DNA from: Acidimicrobiales bacterium
GTDB lineage: Bacteria > Actinomycetota > Acidimicrobiia > Acidimicrobiales > UBA8592
Direction: 5' to 3'
DNA: 64,000 bases
Assembly: GCA_030740795.1 (NCBI GenBank)
Contig: JASLWO010000028.1
Span: forward strand, 8,223-72,222
Shown: positions 8,945-19,196 of the stretch, one piece after another
How the letters are laid out: each line of letters begins with the position of its first letter
Numbering within the stretch: position 1 is the first letter of the stretch
Made by a program: the position numbers and the translations under genes
The notes under the pieces: generated by a model
Told to the model about the DNA's origin: nothing
The model's database searches: none
The model's input: the letters and a program-made list of their open reading frames with translations, nothing else

Positions 8945-10729
8945 ATGAAACAACAAAATATTCGAAATATAGCGATAATTGCTCACATAGATCATGGTAA
9001 GTCAACATTGGCAGACCGCATGCTTGAATTATGTGGTGCTGTTGACCCAAGGGAAATGCGAGCTCAATATCTTGATTCCATGGATCTAGAAAGAGAGCGA
9101 GGAATAACGATAAAGCTACAAAGTGTCTGTTTGCAACATGGAGATGTGACGATAAATCTTATAGATACACCAGGCCACGTTGATTTCGGCTATGAAGTTT
9201 CACGCTCATTAGCAGCTTGTGAAGGGGTGGTACTTCTGGTAGATGCTGCACAAGGTATTGAGGCGCAAACATTGGCCAACACATATTTAGCAATGGAGAA
9301 TGATCTTGAGATTGTAGTTGCACTTAATAAAATAGATCTTCCTGCAGCTGAACCAGACTTGTACGCTGCAGAAATAGAGCAGGTTCTAGGAGTGCCTGTT
9401 GGTGAAATCTTAAAGATAAGTGCAAAAACTGGGGAAGGGGTATCAGATTTGCTTGAGAGAATTGTTGAGCGAGTTCCTTCGCCTGGTGGAGCACCAGATA
9501 AACCGTTACAAGCGCTGATCTTTGATAGTCATTACGATCAATACCGCGGGGTTATAAGTTCCATACGCGTCGTTAACGGAATGATTTCCACTGGCGAAAA
9601 AGTGCAATTCATGCAACGGGGAACAACTGCTGTAGTGGAAGAGATCGGGGTGAGAACGCCTGAGCCAGTAGCAGTAGAAACATTGAGGGCAGGTGAAGTG
9701 GGTTTCTTAGTAGCAGGTGTCAAAGATGTAGGTGACGCGCGGTCGGGAGAAACTGTTACAGCATTGAAAGAAATGGCCAATGGCCCTCTTGATGGATATA
9801 GGGAGCCGAAACCTATGGTTTTCAGTGGTCTTTACCCTATAGACGGTGATGACTACCCTAATCTTCGCGATGCATTGGAAAAACTGCGGCTTAACGATTC
9901 CAGTTTTACCTATGAGCCTGAAACATCAAGTGCTCTCGGATTCGGTTTCCGGTGCGGGTTTCTAGGCTTGTTGCATATGGAAATCGTTCGTGAACGACTA
10001 GAAAGGGAATTTGGGCTGACCTTAATTTCCACGGCGCCTTCTGTTCAATACCGCCTTACATTAACGAATGGTGAAATAGACTTAGTAGATAATCCCAGTG
10101 AAGTACCTCCATTGAACGAACTGGAAAGCATCGAAGAGCCTTACCTGCTTGCGTCAATTATTACCCCTAGCGCTTACACAGGTACGTTAATGGAGCTTTG
10201 CCAAAGTAGGAGAGGGGAGCTCGTTAAGATGGAGTATCTATCGCCTGAGCGTGTTGAACTGTCATACCGCCTACCATTAGCTGAAGTAGTTCTTGACTTT
10301 TTCGATCAGATGAAAAGCCGGACCCAAGGTTATGCCAGTATGGACTACGAAAATGATGGGTATAGTCGCTCAGATCTCGTCAAAGTAGAGATCCTTCTCC
10401 AAGGAGACTCTGTAGATGCTTTTAGTTCAATTGTGCATCGTGAGAAATCTTATGAATATGGTCAGAAAATGACGAAAAAATTGCGAGAATTGATTCCACG
10501 GCAACAATTTGATGTCCCGATTCAAGCAGCGATTTCAAGTAAAATTATTTCAAGGGAGACGGTTAAAGCTTATAGGAAAGATGTGACGGCGAAACTTTAC
10601 GGTGGGGATGTCACAAGGAAGAATAAGCTCCTTAAGAAACAAAAAGAAGGAAAGAAGCGAATGAAGTCAATTGGACGAGTTGATGTCCCACAAGAGGCAT
10701 TCGTTTCTGCGCTTAAACTCGATGATTAA
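8945..10729 (+). CDS. lepA: Elongation factor 4
   Basis: [42 protein letters not shown]. Confidence 0.98.
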   Translation: MKQQNIRNIAIIAHIDHGKSTLADRMLELCGAVDPREMRAQYLDSMDLERERGITIKLQSVCLQHGDVTINLIDTPGHVDFGYEVSRSLAACEGVVLLVDAAQGIEAQTLANTYLAMENDLEIVVALNKIDLPAAEPDLYAAEIEQVLGVPVGEILKISAKTGEGVSDLLERIVERVPSPGGAPDKPLQALIFDSHYDQYRGVISSIRVVNGMISTGEKVQFMQRGTTAVVEEIGVRTPEPVAVETLRAGEVGFLVAGVKDVGDARSGETVTALKEMANGPLDGYREPKPMVFSGLYPIDGDDYPNLRDALEKLRLNDSSFTYEPETSSALGFGFRCGFLGLLHMEIVRERLEREFGLTLISTAPSVQYRLTLTNGEIDLVDNPSEVPPLNELESIEEPYLLASIITPSAYTGTLMELCQSRRGELVKMEYLSPERVELSYRLPLAEVVLDFFDQMKSRTQGYASMDYENDGYSRSDLVKVEILLQGDSVDAFSSIVHREKSYEYGQKMTKKLRELIPRQQFDVPIQAAISSKIISRETVKAYRKDVTAKLYGGDVTRKNKLLKKQKEGKKRMKSIGRVDVPQEAFVSALKLDD

Positions 10730-10785
10730 TTCCAAGATCCCCCGAAATTACCAACTGGCACGCAGTCCGAAACAGGTTGATGTTT

Positions 10786-11883
10786 ATGAATGAAGACTTA
10801 TACGCGTTGTTAGGGGTTGATAAGGATGCATCTGGTGATGAAATCAAAAAAGCATACCGGGAGTTAGCACGTAAATATCATCCAGATGCGAATCCCGACG
10901 ATGATGAAGCGGAGAAAAAATTTAAGGAAATTGCTATGGCCTACGAAGTTTTGAGTGATGAAAGCCGCCGGAGACAATATGACCAATTCGGGCTAACAAA
11001 TGGTCGTGGAAATGCAGGATTTCCAGGGAATGGTGGAGTGCAAGATATTTTTGAAGCGTTTTTCGGTTCTGGAAGCCCTTTCGGTGGCAGCAATTTCACA
11101 TCAGGTGTTTCTAATGCAGGTGCGGATATAGAAGTCGCAATCGAGATTTCCTTAGAAGAAGTTGTTCTTGGTGGTGAATCTACATTTTCAATTCGGATCC
11201 CGTTAGCTTGTGGAATTTGCGAGGGGACTGGGTCAGAGAGCGGAGACAGTGAGGCATGTCAGACTTGTGAGGGGCAAGGGCAAGTGCAGAGAGTCCGCCA
11301 ATCGGTACTTGGCCAAATCATGTCAACTGCTGTTTGTCCGACTTGTAAGGGGCACCGGACGATGATTGTTGACCCCTGTTCTGTCTGTGACGGTAACGGG
11401 GTTACTGAATCAGAAGAAAAATTCACAATTGAGATAGTCAAGGGAGTGGATACTGGTGTGACACAGCGTTTGTCAGGCTTAGGTCCAGCAGGGACTCGAG
11501 GTGGAGCTCGCGGAGATATTCATGCGAGATATGTAGTACAAGATCATGAACGCTTTCAGAGATCTGGTGAAAATCTACTTGAGCAATTATGGATACCAGT
11601 CACACAGGCTGCTTTAGGTGCAGCAATAGAATATGAGACGATTGATACAACCGAAACTTTGACTATTCCAGCAGGAACCAAAACAGGAGATCGATTCAGA
11701 TTTCGCGGCTTAGGCGTGCCAAAACTTCAGAGGCGTGGCAGAGGCGATCTAATAGTCGAAGTAGTAGTAGACACGCCAACAGACCTTTCTAAACTCTCTG
11801 CTGAACTTTTGGAACAGTTAGCGATTGATCGTGATGAAACTACTCTGATATCGACTAAACGCAAACGAAAACGCCGGATTTAG
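10786..11883 (+). CDS. dnaJ: Chaperone DnaJ (DnaJ2-type)
   Basis: J-domain with HPD, G/F region, four CxxCxGx(G) repeats; start between 10777 and 10786. Confidence 0.93.
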   Translation: MNEDLYALLGVDKDASGDEIKKAYRELARKYHPDANPDDDEAEKKFKEIAMAYEVLSDESRRRQYDQFGLTNGRGNAGFPGNGGVQDIFEAFFGSGSPFGGSNFTSGVSNAGADIEVAIEISLEEVVLGGESTFSIRIPLACGICEGTGSESGDSEACQTCEGQGQVQRVRQSVLGQIMSTAVCPTCKGHRTMIVDPCSVCDGNGVTESEEKFTIEIVKGVDTGVTQRLSGLGPAGTRGGARGDIHARYVVQDHERFQRSGENLLEQLWIPVTQAALGAAIEYETIDTTETLTIPAGTKTGDRFRFRGLGVPKLQRRGRGDLIVEVVVDTPTDLSKLSAELLEQLAIDRDETTLISTKRKRKRRI

Positions 11884-12083
11884 GTGGTGAAACAATAGGG
11901 CGATTTGCATGATTTAGGAATTCCACATTTGGCAGTTGACGGTATTGGTCAGAGCCACTTATCTCCTGGAGATGCACAGCACTTTCTTAAAGTACGTAAT
12001 CATGATTCAAATTTAAGACTGAAACAGCAGCTAATGTCACTGCAACAACGATCACTAATAATCTGAACGTTTTAAGCTTCTAG
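11884..12083 (+). pseudogene. rsmE: Degenerate remnant of 16S rRNA m3U1498 methyltransferase RsmE
   Basis: GTG right after the dnaJ stop, in-frame TAG at 11896, then an RsmE-like N-terminus (PHLAVD...LSPGDAQHFLKVR) and, after a frameshift, the C-terminal (LR)TETAA motif at 12012-12032; dnaJ-rsmE synteny. Confidence 0.65.
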
Positions 12084-12085
12084 AC

Positions 12086-13366
12086 CTAACGGTCTTCCAT
12101 GCTAATGAATTCTCGTGTTGGGTGGCCAATGTAGAGTTGACGCGGCCTAGCAATTCGAGTATTTCTCTCTAGCATCTCATTCCAGTGGGAAAGCCAGCCC
12201 GATGTTCTGGCTATGGCAAACAATACGGTAAACATATTTACTGGGAATCCCATGGATTGATATATCAAGCCACTATAGAAATCTACATTTGGGTAGAGTT
12301 TGCGACTGATAAAATAATCATCTGCAAGTGCTGCTTCTTCCAACTTTAGGGCTATATCAAGTTGAGGGTTTTTCCCAGTGATTTCAAATAGTTGATGGGC
12401 AGTATCTTTGATAATTTGAGCTCTAGGATCATAGTTTTTGTAGACACGGTGTCCAAACCCCCAGAGTAAATCATCTCCGTTCTTTACAGAATCGATGAAC
12501 GCGTCAACATTTTCCAATGAGCCAATTTTCTTGAGCATGTTGATCACCGCTTCATTGGCCCCACCATGTCTAGGGCCAGAGAGAGCGGCGCTACCAGCGG
12601 CTATGGCTGAATATGGATCTGCATGTGAGGACCCTACGACCCGCACTGCAGTCGTTGAGCAGTTCTGCTCGTGGTCAGCGTGGAGAATGAATAGTTGTTC
12701 CAGTGCTTTGGTGAATATGGGGTCAGGTTGGTATTCTTGCGTTCCATCCCCGTAGATCATTGCTAGGAAGTTCTCTGTGTAGGTTAACTCCTCTCGGGGG
12801 GAGGGGATTGGTTTCCCGTTTCGGAAATTCTCAGCCGCAGCGGCGATCGTGGGAATTTTGGCAATCAGGTTTATCGTGTGTATTGAGCGGATATCCGGAT
12901 CTTCAATTTCTCTCGAATCGGGGTACATGGTAGATAGTGCTGCAAGGGCAGATGTGAGCATGCCCATAGGGTGGGAATCCTTTTTGAATGCTTTTAAGAG
13001 ATTGTTGTGATGTTCAGGATCCAAGTCAGAGTGACCTGCGATGGTTTTTTCCCACGTTGTGAGCTCGGTATGATTGGGAAGTTCACCATTTAGTAGAAGA
13101 TAGGCTACTTCAAGGAATGAAGAACTTTCAGCGAGATCTTTTATGGGATAGCCACGGTGCTCAAGTTGGCCAGCGCCCCCATCGATATAGGTTATAGAAC
13201 TGTTTGTAACAGCTGTTGCGGCAAATCCTTCATCTTTGAACCAAAGTCCAGGTAGCTGCTTTGTCCAAGGGCCTGAATCAATACCGCCATCAACAATTGG
13301 GATTTCAAATGACTCACCAGAGCGATTATCGGTGATAGTGATTGACTCTTTCAATGTCCGCTCCAA
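12086..13366 (-). CDS. gltA: Citrate synthase
   Basis: LHADHEQNCST, HGGANE, GFGHRVYKNYDPRA, YPNVDFYSG. Confidence 0.96.
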   Translation of the reverse strand: MERTLKESITITDNRSGESFEIPIVDGGIDSGPWTKQLPGLWFKDEGFAATAVTNSSITYIDGGAGQLEHRGYPIKDLAESSSFLEVAYLLLNGELPNHTELTTWEKTIAGHSDLDPEHHNNLLKAFKKDSHPMGMLTSALAALSTMYPDSREIEDPDIRSIHTINLIAKIPTIAAAAENFRNGKPIPSPREELTYTENFLAMIYGDGTQEYQPDPIFTKALEQLFILHADHEQNCSTTAVRVVGSSHADPYSAIAAGSAALSGPRHGGANEAVINMLKKIGSLENVDAFIDSVKNGDDLLWGFGHRVYKNYDPRAQIIKDTAHQLFEITGKNPQLDIALKLEEAALADDYFISRKLYPNVDFYSGLIYQSMGFPVNMFTVLFAIARTSGWLSHWNEMLERNTRIARPRQLYIGHPTREFISMEDR

Positions 13367-13458
13367 GTGGTTTCACTACATGATATCGGAAAAAATTGTA
13401 ATCTCAGCCCCGAAATTAGGACTTTGCCGTGAAACCGGACCCGTCAATTCTCTATTAA

Positions 13459-14817
13459 CTAGAGGGGAGTATTGCTATGAATTCGTTTTTGTAGTTTTTC
13501 TCTTTTGGACAATAGAAAGTCTAAACCACCTGAAATTTCAATCCGAGTATCTTCAGGGTCGATGATCATATCAACTGAGCCACGTTCAGCAGCAATGTAC
13601 GGGTTTAAAAGTCGTTCCTCGTAGTCGGCTTCCAGGTCCTTTCGTTCTGAGTCGTTAGCGGATCGGTGGAGTATCTCTATGGCTCCTTTTGCTCCCATAA
13701 CAGCGATTTCTGCTGATGGCCAAGCAATTGCTAGATCATTACCCATCTGTTTACTGTCCATGACGATATAAGCCCCACCGTAGCTTTTCCGAAGAGTTAC
13801 ACAAATTCGAGGAACTGTTGCATTGGCGTATGCAAATGCCAGTTGCGCCCCATGGCGGATCATGCCGCGCCATTCTAAATCTTTTCCTGGTTGGAATCCT
13901 GGAGTATCTACAAATGTGACGATAGGCAGATTGAATGCGTCGCAGAAAGTTACAAATCTGGCGCCTTTCTGTGAAGCAGCTATATCTAGGGTTCCAGCTA
14001 AGTTCTGTGGTTGATTAGCGACGATACCGACAGCGTGGCCATTGATTGTGGCTAAAGCAGTAACGATGTTTGCAGCCCAGTCTTTTCTTATTTCAGTTAT
14101 CATTTCGTTATCTACGACTTGTGAAATCAGCGCGCGCACGTCATAACTTCCGGTAGGTGATTCTGGGATTAGATTGGAAATGCCGTTCAATTTTCGATCT
14201 GGTGTATCATCGCAAGGGATTTGAGTAGGTGAAGCAGAGGAACTCAGAGGAAGAAGGAATATTAGTTCTGCAATAATCTCGGAAGCGGATTCTGCAGAGT
14301 GGGCTACGAAACTAGCAAGTCCTGACATTTGAGCGTGTTTAGCTGCTCCACCAAGAGTTTCGTGATCAATTGGAACACCAGTAAATTCTTGGACCATTCT
14401 TGGACCATTTACATAAGAATAGGAATTTTTTACCATAATTACGAAATCGGCTAACCCAAGTAGAAGCGCTGGACCCGCTAAGGCAGTTTGCTGTACACAA
14501 AATATGGTTGGGATAATGCCGGAACAAGCCGAAATTTGAGATGCTGCAGATCCCCATCCATGTAGAGCTTCAACACCTGACTCTGGGGGAGCCCCTGAGG
14601 AGTTGAGATAACAAACAAGAGGGATTCTTTGCTCGAGAGCAGTTTTGGCTGCAGCTGCGAGTTTGAGGCCGTCGTTACCAGTTAAGGCAGAAGGTTCATC
14701 TCCGGTGCCTAAAGTGACTTCAACGTAACTTTTATTTTCAAAATGAGTGATGAGCACTTTCGTATTATTTGAAACTAGAGCTTGAACCTCTACATGTGTG
14801 GTGTTCTCCGGTTGCAC
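13459..14817 (-). CDS. Acyl-CoA carboxylase carboxyltransferase (beta) subunit, AccD/PccB family
   Basis: LGGA..H..SG, DTPGF.PG, RKSYGGAYIVM, AEIAVMGA, C-terminal HSNTPL. Confidence 0.88.
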   Translation of the reverse strand: MQPENTTHVEVQALVSNNTKVLITHFENKSYVEVTLGTGDEPSALTGNDGLKLAAAAKTALEQRIPLVCYLNSSGAPPESGVEALHGWGSAASQISACSGIIPTIFCVQQTALAGPALLLGLADFVIMVKNSYSYVNGPRMVQEFTGVPIDHETLGGAAKHAQMSGLASFVAHSAESASEIIAELIFLLPLSSSASPTQIPCDDTPDRKLNGISNLIPESPTGSYDVRALISQVVDNEMITEIRKDWAANIVTALATINGHAVGIVANQPQNLAGTLDIAASQKGARFVTFCDAFNLPIVTFVDTPGFQPGKDLEWRGMIRHGAQLAFAYANATVPRICVTLRKSYGGAYIVMDSKQMGNDLAIAWPSAEIAVMGAKGAIEILHRSANDSERKDLEADYEERLLNPYIAAERGSVDMIIDPEDTRIEISGGLDFLLSKREKLQKRIHSNTPL

Positions 14818-14857
14818 ACATTAATCTTAGTGGTTTAAAAGCACGAATAGGTATTCC

Positions 14858-15763
14858 CTAGTTTGCCAAGTAAATTCCATTCTGGTCGGATCCATGATCC
14901 TGAATCATATTTCTGAGAACATCTCTCACAACTCGTGTGGTTGCAGATAGGGGGACGCGTTTGTTCGTTGCGAGCCCAACTACTCTCCGAGTGAAACCTT
15001 CGAGGGGAATACGTTTCCATTTCCCTGACCCTTGGGCGGCTGTTGCCGGCAGTACTGCCGCGCCGAAACCATCCGTCGCCAGAGAAGCTAGAAGCCTCAT
15101 GCCGTCGACTTCTGCTTTGGGGGTTAGTTTGACCCCGTGTTTTGCTAAATCTCTATCAAGGCTATCTCTGAAAGGCACGCCAGTTGGGTTAAGTAATAAC
15201 GGAAATTCTGCAAGAATCGACGGAGTGAGCGAATCATATATAGCTAGAGGATGCCCATGGGGAGCAACTAGAACAGGCTCTTCTTCGAAGAGCGGTTCCA
15301 ATTCAACATCTGGGTGAGAAATTGGAAGGTTTACAATCGCTCCATCTACGCGCCCTTGAACTACCAAAGGCATCAGATTGCTTGTGACAGCGTCAGTTAT
15401 TTGTATCCTTACTCGAGGGTACTTTTCAATCATTGACTCTAGAAGAATTGGAGTAACCCATCTCCCAGTGGTTCCAATCACTCCGAGCCGAACTATTCCA
15501 GACACTTCAGAGTGAAGCGCTTCTACATCAAGAGCTATTGACTCAAGTTCAGTTTGAACTCTGCGCGCCCGTTGAACGACCAACTGGCCCTCTTCAGTTA
15601 GGACACCTGTTCGCCGATCAATCAGTGAGACCGCTAGTTCTTTTTCAAGTCGTGCTATGTGTGTTGAGATATTTGACTGAACCGTATGGAGAGATTGTGC
15701 TGCAGCACTGAAACTCCCATTATCAACTACCGCCACTAAGGCATTAAGTTGGCGTATATCCAT
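14858..15763 (-). CDS. LysR-family transcriptional regulator
   Basis: MDIRQL...GSFSAAAQSLHTVQSNIS..IARLEKEL HTH plus substrate-binding domain. Confidence 0.93.
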   Translation of the reverse strand: MDIRQLNALVAVVDNGSFSAAAQSLHTVQSNISTHIARLEKELAVSLIDRRTGVLTEEGQLVVQRARRVQTELESIALDVEALHSEVSGIVRLGVIGTTGRWVTPILLESMIEKYPRVRIQITDAVTSNLMPLVVQGRVDGAIVNLPISHPDVELEPLFEEEPVLVAPHGHPLAIYDSLTPSILAEFPLLLNPTGVPFRDSLDRDLAKHGVKLTPKAEVDGMRLLASLATDGFGAAVLPATAAQGSGKWKRIPLEGFTRRVVGLATNKRVPLSATTRVVRDVLRNMIQDHGSDQNGIYLAN

Positions 15764-15773
15764 ACAGAAGTAT

Positions 15774-15819
15774 ATCTAGTTTCTTGATGAATGTAGAGCT
15801 AACTATCGCCCATTTAGAT
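15774..15819. promoter_or_regulatory. Two LysR-type ATC-N9-GAT boxes upstream of the LysR gene
   Basis: ATCtagtttcttGAT (15774-15788) and ATCgcccatttaGAT (15805-15819), both T-N11-A, 31 bp apart. Confidence 0.55.
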
Positions 15820-15843
15820 GGTTTTGATTCGCTATTCTAGTTT

Positions 15844-18126
15844 TTAAGTAGTTTGAGCTCTGATGACGTTTAAAGCAGAACCAGCTTTAAACCATTCGAG
15901 TTGTTCATCGCTGAATGTGTGTGTTGTTTCAAAAGAGAATGAATTTCCAGAGATTTGCGTTACTTCAACAATCACAGGTTGACCTGGAGCAAGGGATGAT
16001 AAGTTCCGGACAGCTAATCTGTCATCTTCAGTTATCTTGTCGTAGTCAGAAGGATCTTTAAATGTCAAAGGCAGCATCCCTTGTTTCTTCAAATTTGTTT
16101 CGTGGATTCTCGCGAAACTTCGTGCTATCGCTACGAGCCCAAGACGAAAACGTGGTTCCATCGCAGCGTGTTCGCGGCTTGAACCTTCTCCCATGTTCTC
16201 GTCTCCGATGACAACCCAACTTTGACCGGCTTCATGGTAAGCCTTTGCGATGTCTGGGAACGTTTGAGTTTCTCCCGTTAGTTGATTTTTGCCGTAGCCA
16301 ACTTCGTATCCAGCGTAAGCATTGACAGCTCCTAGATATAGGTTCCCAGAGATATTCTCTAAATGCCCGCGGTATTTCAACCAAGGACCGGCCATTGATA
16401 TATGGTCTGTTGTGAATTTCCCTTTGGCTTTTACAAGTACTGGTAATTCTTCGTAATCACCACCATCCCAGGGAGAGAAAGGTGTGAGTAATTGAAGTCG
16501 ATTAGATGAAGGCGAAACGTTTATTTCTATCTCGCTGCCATCCTTAGGCGGGGGAAGGAACGTGTCATCTCCGGAGTCAAAACCAGATGGAGGTAATTCA
16601 AGCCCCTGAGGGGTTGATAGCGAAACAAGTTCGCCATTTTCTGCCTTTAAAGTTCCATTGATTGGATCAAAATCAACCGTTCCTGCTAAGGCCAATGCCA
16701 TAACAGTTTCTGGCGACGTTACAAATGCAAGAGTAGCCGGGTCTCCATCATTTCTTTTGGGAAAATTCCGGTTGTAAGAAGTGACTATTATGTTTGGAGT
16801 ACCTGATTCATGTTCAGTTTCTTCCGACCTATCCCACTGACCAATACATGGTCCGCAAGCGTTTGCTAAAACTACGGCACCGAGGGCTTCGAAATCAGCT
16901 AGAAGACCATCTCTGGTAATTGTTGCTCTTACTTGTTCAGATCCGGGTGTGATCAAGAGTCGGCATTTAGCCTTGATACCTAGCGCCGTTGCTTCTCTAG
17001 CAATTGAAGCAGCTCTTGTTATATCTTCGTAAGAAGAGTTGGTGCAGCTCCCTATTAATGCTGCACTTATCTCTGTGGGCCAACCATTTGATCTAGCTTC
17101 AGCCCCCAAAGCGTTAACCTCTCTAGCTAAATCTGGTGTGTGTGGTCCGTTTATGTGAGGTTGTAGTTTGTCAAGGTTAATTTCAATTACTTGGTCAAAG
17201 TATTGTCCTGGGTTTTTAAGGACTTCTGGATCAGCTTTCAGGTGGTGTGCATGAGCAGAAGCTAGTTTGGCTACATCACTACGGTTAGTTGAATGCAAAT
17301 AGCGTTCAATTGAGGCATCGTAAGGGAAGAGAGATGTTGTCGCTCCAATTTCAGCTCCCATATTGCAAATAGTTGCCTTACCAGTCGCAGATAGGTTTTC
17401 TGAGCCCTCACCGAAGTATTCAACTATGGCACCTGTTCCTCCCTTAACCGTGAGTATTTCGGCGACTTTTAAAATCACATCTTTGGGAGCACTCCAACCA
17501 TTGAGGGAACCTGTTAGGTGAACTCCGATCAGTTTCGGCCATCTAACGTTCCAAGGGAAACCAGTCATCACATCAACAGCATCAGCTCCACCAACACCGA
17601 TAGCTATCATCCCAAGCCCGCCACCATTCGGGGTATGGCTGTCTGTACCAATTATCATTCCTCCAGGGAATGCATACTGCTCAAGAACTACTTGGTGGAT
17701 GATTCCGCTTCCGGGTTTCCAGAATCCAGCCCCATATTTAGCGCAGACTGTTTCAAGGAAACCGTATACCTCTTCGTTATCGCGAGAAGCAGTCATAAGA
17801 TCGTGTTTTCCATCAACTTTTGCCTGAATTAAGTGATCAGCATGTGTCGTTGTTGGAACGGCTACTTTGTCGAGGCCAGCGGTCATGAATTGAAGCCATG
17901 CCATTTGCGCTGTCGCATCTTGCATAGCGACTCGGTCAGGTCGGAGGTCAACATATGAAACACCCCGTTCTAGGTCTTGTTCGTTGTTGTCTAGATGGTT
18001 AATGAGTATTTTCTCAGCGTAGGTAAGTGGCCGACTTAGTTTTTTGCGGCCATGATCTAGTCTTTCTTGAAGTGTCCCGTATACCCCTTCAATCAGATCT
18101 ATGGGTGTGTTCGTGTAAACGGTCAT
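15844..18126 (-). CDS. Aconitate hydratase (mitochondrial-like subgroup)
   Basis: [52 protein letters not shown]; 760 aa. Confidence 0.93.
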   Translation of the reverse strand: MTVYTNTPIDLIEGVYGTLQERLDHGRKKLSRPLTYAEKILINHLDNNEQDLERGVSYVDLRPDRVAMQDATAQMAWLQFMTAGLDKVAVPTTTHADHLIQAKVDGKHDLMTASRDNEEVYGFLETVCAKYGAGFWKPGSGIIHQVVLEQYAFPGGMIIGTDSHTPNGGGLGMIAIGVGGADAVDVMTGFPWNVRWPKLIGVHLTGSLNGWSAPKDVILKVAEILTVKGGTGAIVEYFGEGSENLSATGKATICNMGAEIGATTSLFPYDASIERYLHSTNRSDVAKLASAHAHHLKADPEVLKNPGQYFDQVIEINLDKLQPHINGPHTPDLAREVNALGAEARSNGWPTEISAALIGSCTNSSYEDITRAASIAREATALGIKAKCRLLITPGSEQVRATITRDGLLADFEALGAVVLANACGPCIGQWDRSEETEHESGTPNIIVTSYNRNFPKRNDGDPATLAFVTSPETVMALALAGTVDFDPINGTLKAENGELVSLSTPQGLELPPSGFDSGDDTFLPPPKDGSEIEINVSPSSNRLQLLTPFSPWDGGDYEELPVLVKAKGKFTTDHISMAGPWLKYRGHLENISGNLYLGAVNAYAGYEVGYGKNQLTGETQTFPDIAKAYHEAGQSWVVIGDENMGEGSSREHAAMEPRFRLGLVAIARSFARIHETNLKKQGMLPLTFKDPSDYDKITEDDRLAVRNLSSLAPGQPVIVEVTQISGNSFSFETTHTFSDEQLEWFKAGSALNVIRAQTT

Positions 18127-18198
18127 AATCTCCTAAATATAATCAAGGATAACAGTGTCATTCTATCTGTTAACTGCTTGATTCTGGTGAAGGAAAAA

Positions 18199-19191
18199 TC
18201 AGATTCTCGGCCATTTGTTTTTGTTAGGGTTTGACTTAGATCCTTTACTTTCTAAGTTCCATGATCGTCGCCATGGGCTAGCCTCAGGCCCATGTAATTT
18301 GGGGGTTGTTCCAGAATAGTGTCTCTTGGTTGCGGTCCACCAGTCTTGGTGTGTCTCATCTGCAAGTGCGGCTACTGAATCTTCTATGCGAGTTGAGAAG
18401 GATCTTGAAGTCTCTTTTTCCTGAGGCCAAATTGGAGTTCCAAAAGTGACCGTAGTGTCTGAACGTTTCGGCCAGAATTTACCTTTCCTGAGGATAGAAC
18501 CAGTTCCACTTATGTGTACCGGAACGATAGGAACCTGGCATTTAAGTGATAGATACGCTGCACCACCGCGGAACGCTTGTCCCCATCCGTCAGGAGATCT
18601 TCCGCCTTCTGGGAAAACCATGAATGACCAACCCTTATTAATCAAAGAAGCTATATGATCTGAAGATTTACGGCTTGCCTTTGAGCGTTCAACTGGGACA
18701 GCTCCGATGAAGAGGGCGGACAAAGCTCCACTAATTTTCGAAGAGAAGAAATAATCTGCAGCTGCGCCGACAATCAATCGTTTCCGCCAGCGCATCGGAA
18801 TTGACGTCAGTAGTAAAGGAGTATCGGCGTGGCTATGGTGGTTCGCAACAAAAATCGCAGCTTGTCTTTTGCCCAAGGATTCTAAACGGTCATACCCAGT
18901 CCTATTTGGATTAGCTAAAAAATTCATCACGGGCCGAGCAATTAATTCAGTTGTTGCTGTTCGGATAATTCGACTTGGAACAGTTCTGGACCATTTCGTT
19001 GGGTAATCTTCACCCAATTTTGAATCAGATTCTAAAGGCTCAATTCCCTTGGGTGTAGTTGGTGCGCGGTAAGGAAATTGAGAAGAACGTATTACTTTAA
19101 GGTTCCGAAACCTATTGGGTGAATTACCTATGGCCCGATAGATTTGTCTTGTCTTTCGTTTAATTTCCCTTGAAGTTAGCTTTTTCACCAT
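18199..19191 (-). CDS. Lysophospholipid/glycerol-phosphate acyltransferase (PlsC family)
   Basis: NHHSHAD (HxxxxD) and FPEGGR motifs. Confidence 0.88.
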   Translation of the reverse strand: MVKKLTSREIKRKTRQIYRAIGNSPNRFRNLKVIRSSQFPYRAPTTPKGIEPLESDSKLGEDYPTKWSRTVPSRIIRTATTELIARPVMNFLANPNRTGYDRLESLGKRQAAIFVANHHSHADTPLLLTSIPMRWRKRLIVGAAADYFFSSKISGALSALFIGAVPVERSKASRKSSDHIASLINKGWSFMVFPEGGRSPDGWGQAFRGGAAYLSLKCQVPIVPVHISGTGSILRKGKFWPKRSDTTVTFGTPIWPQEKETSRSFSTRIEDSVAALADETHQDWWTATKRHYSGTTPKLHGPEASPWRRSWNLESKGSKSNPNKNKWPRI

Positions 19192-19196
19192 GGTAT

